Source: Bdellovibrionota bacterium (GTDB taxonomy: Bacteria > Bdellovibrionota_C > UBA2361 > JAAYZI01). Taken from it: 64,000 nt of DNA. The stretch covers positions 416,001-480,000 of the forward strand of contig JBMNIF010000001.1 of NCBI GenBank assembly GCA_050950765.1, in the 5' to 3' direction. The notes under the pieces are model-generated. The model had not been told where the DNA came from. It worked only from the letters and a program-made list of their open reading frames with translations, and did no database searches. Shown piece by piece: positions 61,704 through 64,000 of this stretch; the stretch's first letter is position 1; every line of letters begins with the position of its first letter. Both the position numbers and the translations under genes were made by a program.

Positions 61704-61747
61704 AATATCTCCTAAAACTAAAAAACGTATCCGAAAAGCTAAATTAA

Positions 61748-61923
61748 AAAGTTAAAAAGCCCTTTTTTCCCCTCAATAATTTAAAATCAATCAACTTCGT
61801 TAACACACCACCATAAGTTTCAATTCCGAGAAAGTTAAAAAGCCCTTTTTCCCCTCAATAATTTAAAATCAATTAACTTCGTTAACACACCCATAAGTTT
61901 CAATACCGAGAAAGTTTAAAAGC
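61748..61923. repeat. ~83-bp tandem duplication (2 units plus a fragment)
   Basis: AAAGTTAAAAAGCCCTTTTTTCCCCTCAATAATTTAAAATCAAT...CCATAAGTTTCAAT.CCGAG occurs twice. Confidence 0.9.
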
Positions 61924-61947
61924 TTTAATCAATCCTCTTAATTCAAA

Positions 61948-61980
61948 GTAGGGGAGGTGACTTTATCTCATCTCCCCTAC
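61948..61980 (-). terminator. Terminator-like hairpin after hydA
   Basis: GTAGGGGAGGTGA/TCATCTCCCCTAC inverted repeat, followed by TTT on the minus strand. Confidence 0.75.
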
Positions 61981-61993
61981 AAAGGGGCTTTTA

Positions 61994-63709
61994 TTAACGA
62001 GCTTTATAATGGGTGTGTAGTAAGTGATGACTTTTTTCACCCAAAGGCTCTCCTAAGAACTCAGCATAAAGTTTCTTAATCGATTCATTGCTATGACTGG
62101 TTCGAACACTCCCCTCACTATCTAACTTATACAACCCCTGCATACGACTTTTGATCTTTACTAGGTCTGTTCCTAACGGTTGTCCGCCACCGCCGACGCA
62201 ACCTCCAGGGCAGGTCATGACCTCAATAAAGTGTAGGTCAGGACGCTTGCCGTCTTTTACATCAGCTATGACCTGTTTAACATTACCGATACCACTAACA
62301 ACAGCAACTCCGACCTTTAGTCCGTTAATGTCGAGATGTGCTTCCTTTACGCCATCAAGTCCACGAACCGCTTCAATCTTAAGGTCTGCAAGCTCACTTC
62401 CTGTAATCAAGTGATAAGCAGTACGGACAGCAGCTTCCATTACACCACCCGTTGCTCCGAACAATTTACCAGCAGTGGTACGCTCACCGAATGGGAGGTC
62501 AGCTTCACTCGGCTCTAAGTTCTTTAAGTCTATTCCAAACTTGTGAATTAAACGTGCCAATTCTCTTGTTGTTAGAACTGCATCCACATCGGGCGTGACA
62601 GAGTCGCCTAACATTTCAGGTCTGGCACATTCGAACTTCTTGGCTGTACACGGCATTATACTGACAGAGAATATTTTAGACGGATCGAGCCCTTCCTTCT
62701 CTGCAAAGTAACTCTTTATAACAGCACCCAACATCTGTTGCGGGCTTTTACAGGTCGAAAGATTAGGAAGCATCTCCGGATAGAACTGCTCCATGTACTT
62801 AATCCAACCAGGTGAACAACTGGTGAACATCGGAAGCACGCCACCTGTTGTGATACGTTTGACGAGCTCACTCGCTTCCTCCATGATCGTTAAGTCTGCT
62901 GAGAAGCTGGTGTCAAAGACCTTGTTAAAACCGATCTGACGCAAAGCTGCCACCATCTTACCAGCAACATCAGCACCCCCTTCAACACCGAAATCCTCAC
63001 CAATCGTAACGGAGACAGCAGGTGCATGTTGTACAACAACCGTTAGATCTGGATTGTTGATAGCATCCATAACCTGTTTGACATAACTTCTTTCACGTAG
63101 AGCACCTGTGGGACAGACAGTTATACACTGACCACAATTGATGCAGGTACTTTTATTTAAGCCTTCGTTGAAAGCCGTTCCAACGATGGTCTTACTACCT
63201 CGTCCGATATAATCGATAGCTGAAACACCGATCACCTCTTCACATACCCTGACACACCGTCCGCACAAAATGCACTTATCAGGGTCTCTAACAAGTGATG
63301 GGCTGGAGAGATCTATTTCATGATGAGACCTTTCACCTTCGAACCTCTTTTCACGAACTCCTAATTCACCAGCTAGAGATTGTAATTTACAATTGCCGTT
63401 ACGTGTGCAGTACAAACAATCATCAGGATGATTCGCCAATAATAGCTCAATAATCGTCTTTCTAGCCTGCAGAACTCGGGGTGAGTGGGTTTTTATCTTC
63501 ATCCCTGGATGAACAGGATAAGCGCAACTAGGGATAAGCGCTGGTCGTCCCTCCATTTCAACTACGCACATACGACAAGCTCCGCTCGGGAAGAAATTTT
63601 CCATATGACAGAGCGTCGGAATAGAAATTCCAGCGCGTTTTAAAACATCAAGGAGGATCTCTCCCTGCTCAGCTTCTATCGTGCGGTTATTTACTTCGAT
63701 TGTAATCAT
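61994..63709 (-). CDS. hydA: [FeFe]-hydrogenase group A catalytic subunit (HydA/HndD-type)
   Basis: H-cluster motifs FTSCSPGW, IMPCTAKKFE, EVMTCPGGCVGGGGQP; N-terminal 2Fe2S and 4Fe4S domains; start set at the ATG of MITIEVN. Confidence 0.95.
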   Translation of the reverse strand: MITIEVNNRTIEAEQGEILLDVLKRAGISIPTLCHMENFFPSGACRMCVVEMEGRPALIPSCAYPVHPGMKIKTHSPRVLQARKTIIELLLANHPDDCLYCTRNGNCKLQSLAGELGVREKRFEGERSHHEIDLSSPSLVRDPDKCILCGRCVRVCEEVIGVSAIDYIGRGSKTIVGTAFNEGLNKSTCINCGQCITVCPTGALRERSYVKQVMDAINNPDLTVVVQHAPAVSVTIGEDFGVEGGADVAGKMVAALRQIGFNKVFDTSFSADLTIMEEASELVKRITTGGVLPMFTSCSPGWIKYMEQFYPEMLPNLSTCKSPQQMLGAVIKSYFAEKEGLDPSKIFSVSIMPCTAKKFECARPEMLGDSVTPDVDAVLTTRELARLIHKFGIDLKNLEPSEADLPFGERTTAGKLFGATGGVMEAAVRTAYHLITGSELADLKIEAVRGLDGVKEAHLDINGLKVGVAVVSGIGNVKQVIADVKDGKRPDLHFIEVMTCPGGCVGGGGQPLGTDLVKIKSRMQGLYKLDSEGSVRTSHSNESIKKLYAEFLGEPLGEKSHHLLHTHYKAR

Positions 63710-63734
63710 AACGTTTAACCCTAATGACAGACCT

Positions 63735-64000
63735 TTATTTATTACATACAATGGCGTTAAATTTGCATTTTTCTATGCAGGCGCCACATGCGATACACTT
63801 GTCTTGATCGATTGTGTGAGGTTGCTTAACGGTTCCCGTAATTGCAACGACAGGACAACTCCTTGCACACGCCGTACACCCCGTACATTTATCTGCAAGT
63901 ATTTCAAACTTACGCAAACTCTTACACTCACCGGCAGGACAGCGACGCTCAAAGACGTGAGCTTCATATTCATCACGGAAGAACTTAAGGGTACTAAGAA
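63735..64000 (-). CDS. C-terminus of a NuoF-like NADH-binding hydrogenase subunit (HydB/HndC); runs off the window end
   Basis: [27 protein letters not shown] followed by a 2x[4Fe-4S] domain (CTGCTAC...CP; CIACGAC...C). Confidence 0.88.
   Translation of the reverse strand, partial: LSTLKFFRDEYEAHVFERRCPAGECKSLRKFEILADKCTGCTACARSCPVVAITGTVKQPHTIDQDKCIACGACIEKCKFNAIVCNK

Overview
Low-GC bacterial chromosomal segment. The 16S rRNA looks deltaproteobacteria-like by eye; the lineage cannot be fixed without a search. The organism appears anaerobic (class III RNR nrdD with tandem NrdR boxes, bifurcating-type [FeFe]-hydrogenase genes) and flagellated (flgK-flgL-csrA-fliW, sigma54/sigma28-type promoters). 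The window holds a full rrn operon with no spacer tRNAs, a ~195-nt hairpin insertion in 23S, a compensated C1404-G1497 to U-A change in 16S and a truncated 5S duplicate. It also holds an IS1634-like DDE transposase and housekeeping genes (queH, ppk1, folB, ahcY, uppP, Gld-type ABC system). Two systems stand out. (1) An intact RAYT-like HUH (Y1) transposase is surrounded by a very short motif, GGGTGTCC. That motif also forms REPIN-like doublets, gene-bracketing direct repeats and, together with a second motif GGGTGGCACC, three 0.8-1.9 kb mosaic arrays built from shuffled modules. Each array lies 5' of an envelope, motility or secretion operon. (2) An ~11 kb F-type T4SS core operon (traL-E-K-B-V-C-like plus a pilin) has no relaxase, coupling protein, mating-pair stabilisation genes or integrase in view, but carries M23, SH3, PH-domain and unknown lipoprotein genes; it looks like a domesticated, non-conjugative secretion or attachment machine. 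Several tandem repeats copy gene termini. All calls come from motif recognition by eye; no database searches were run.
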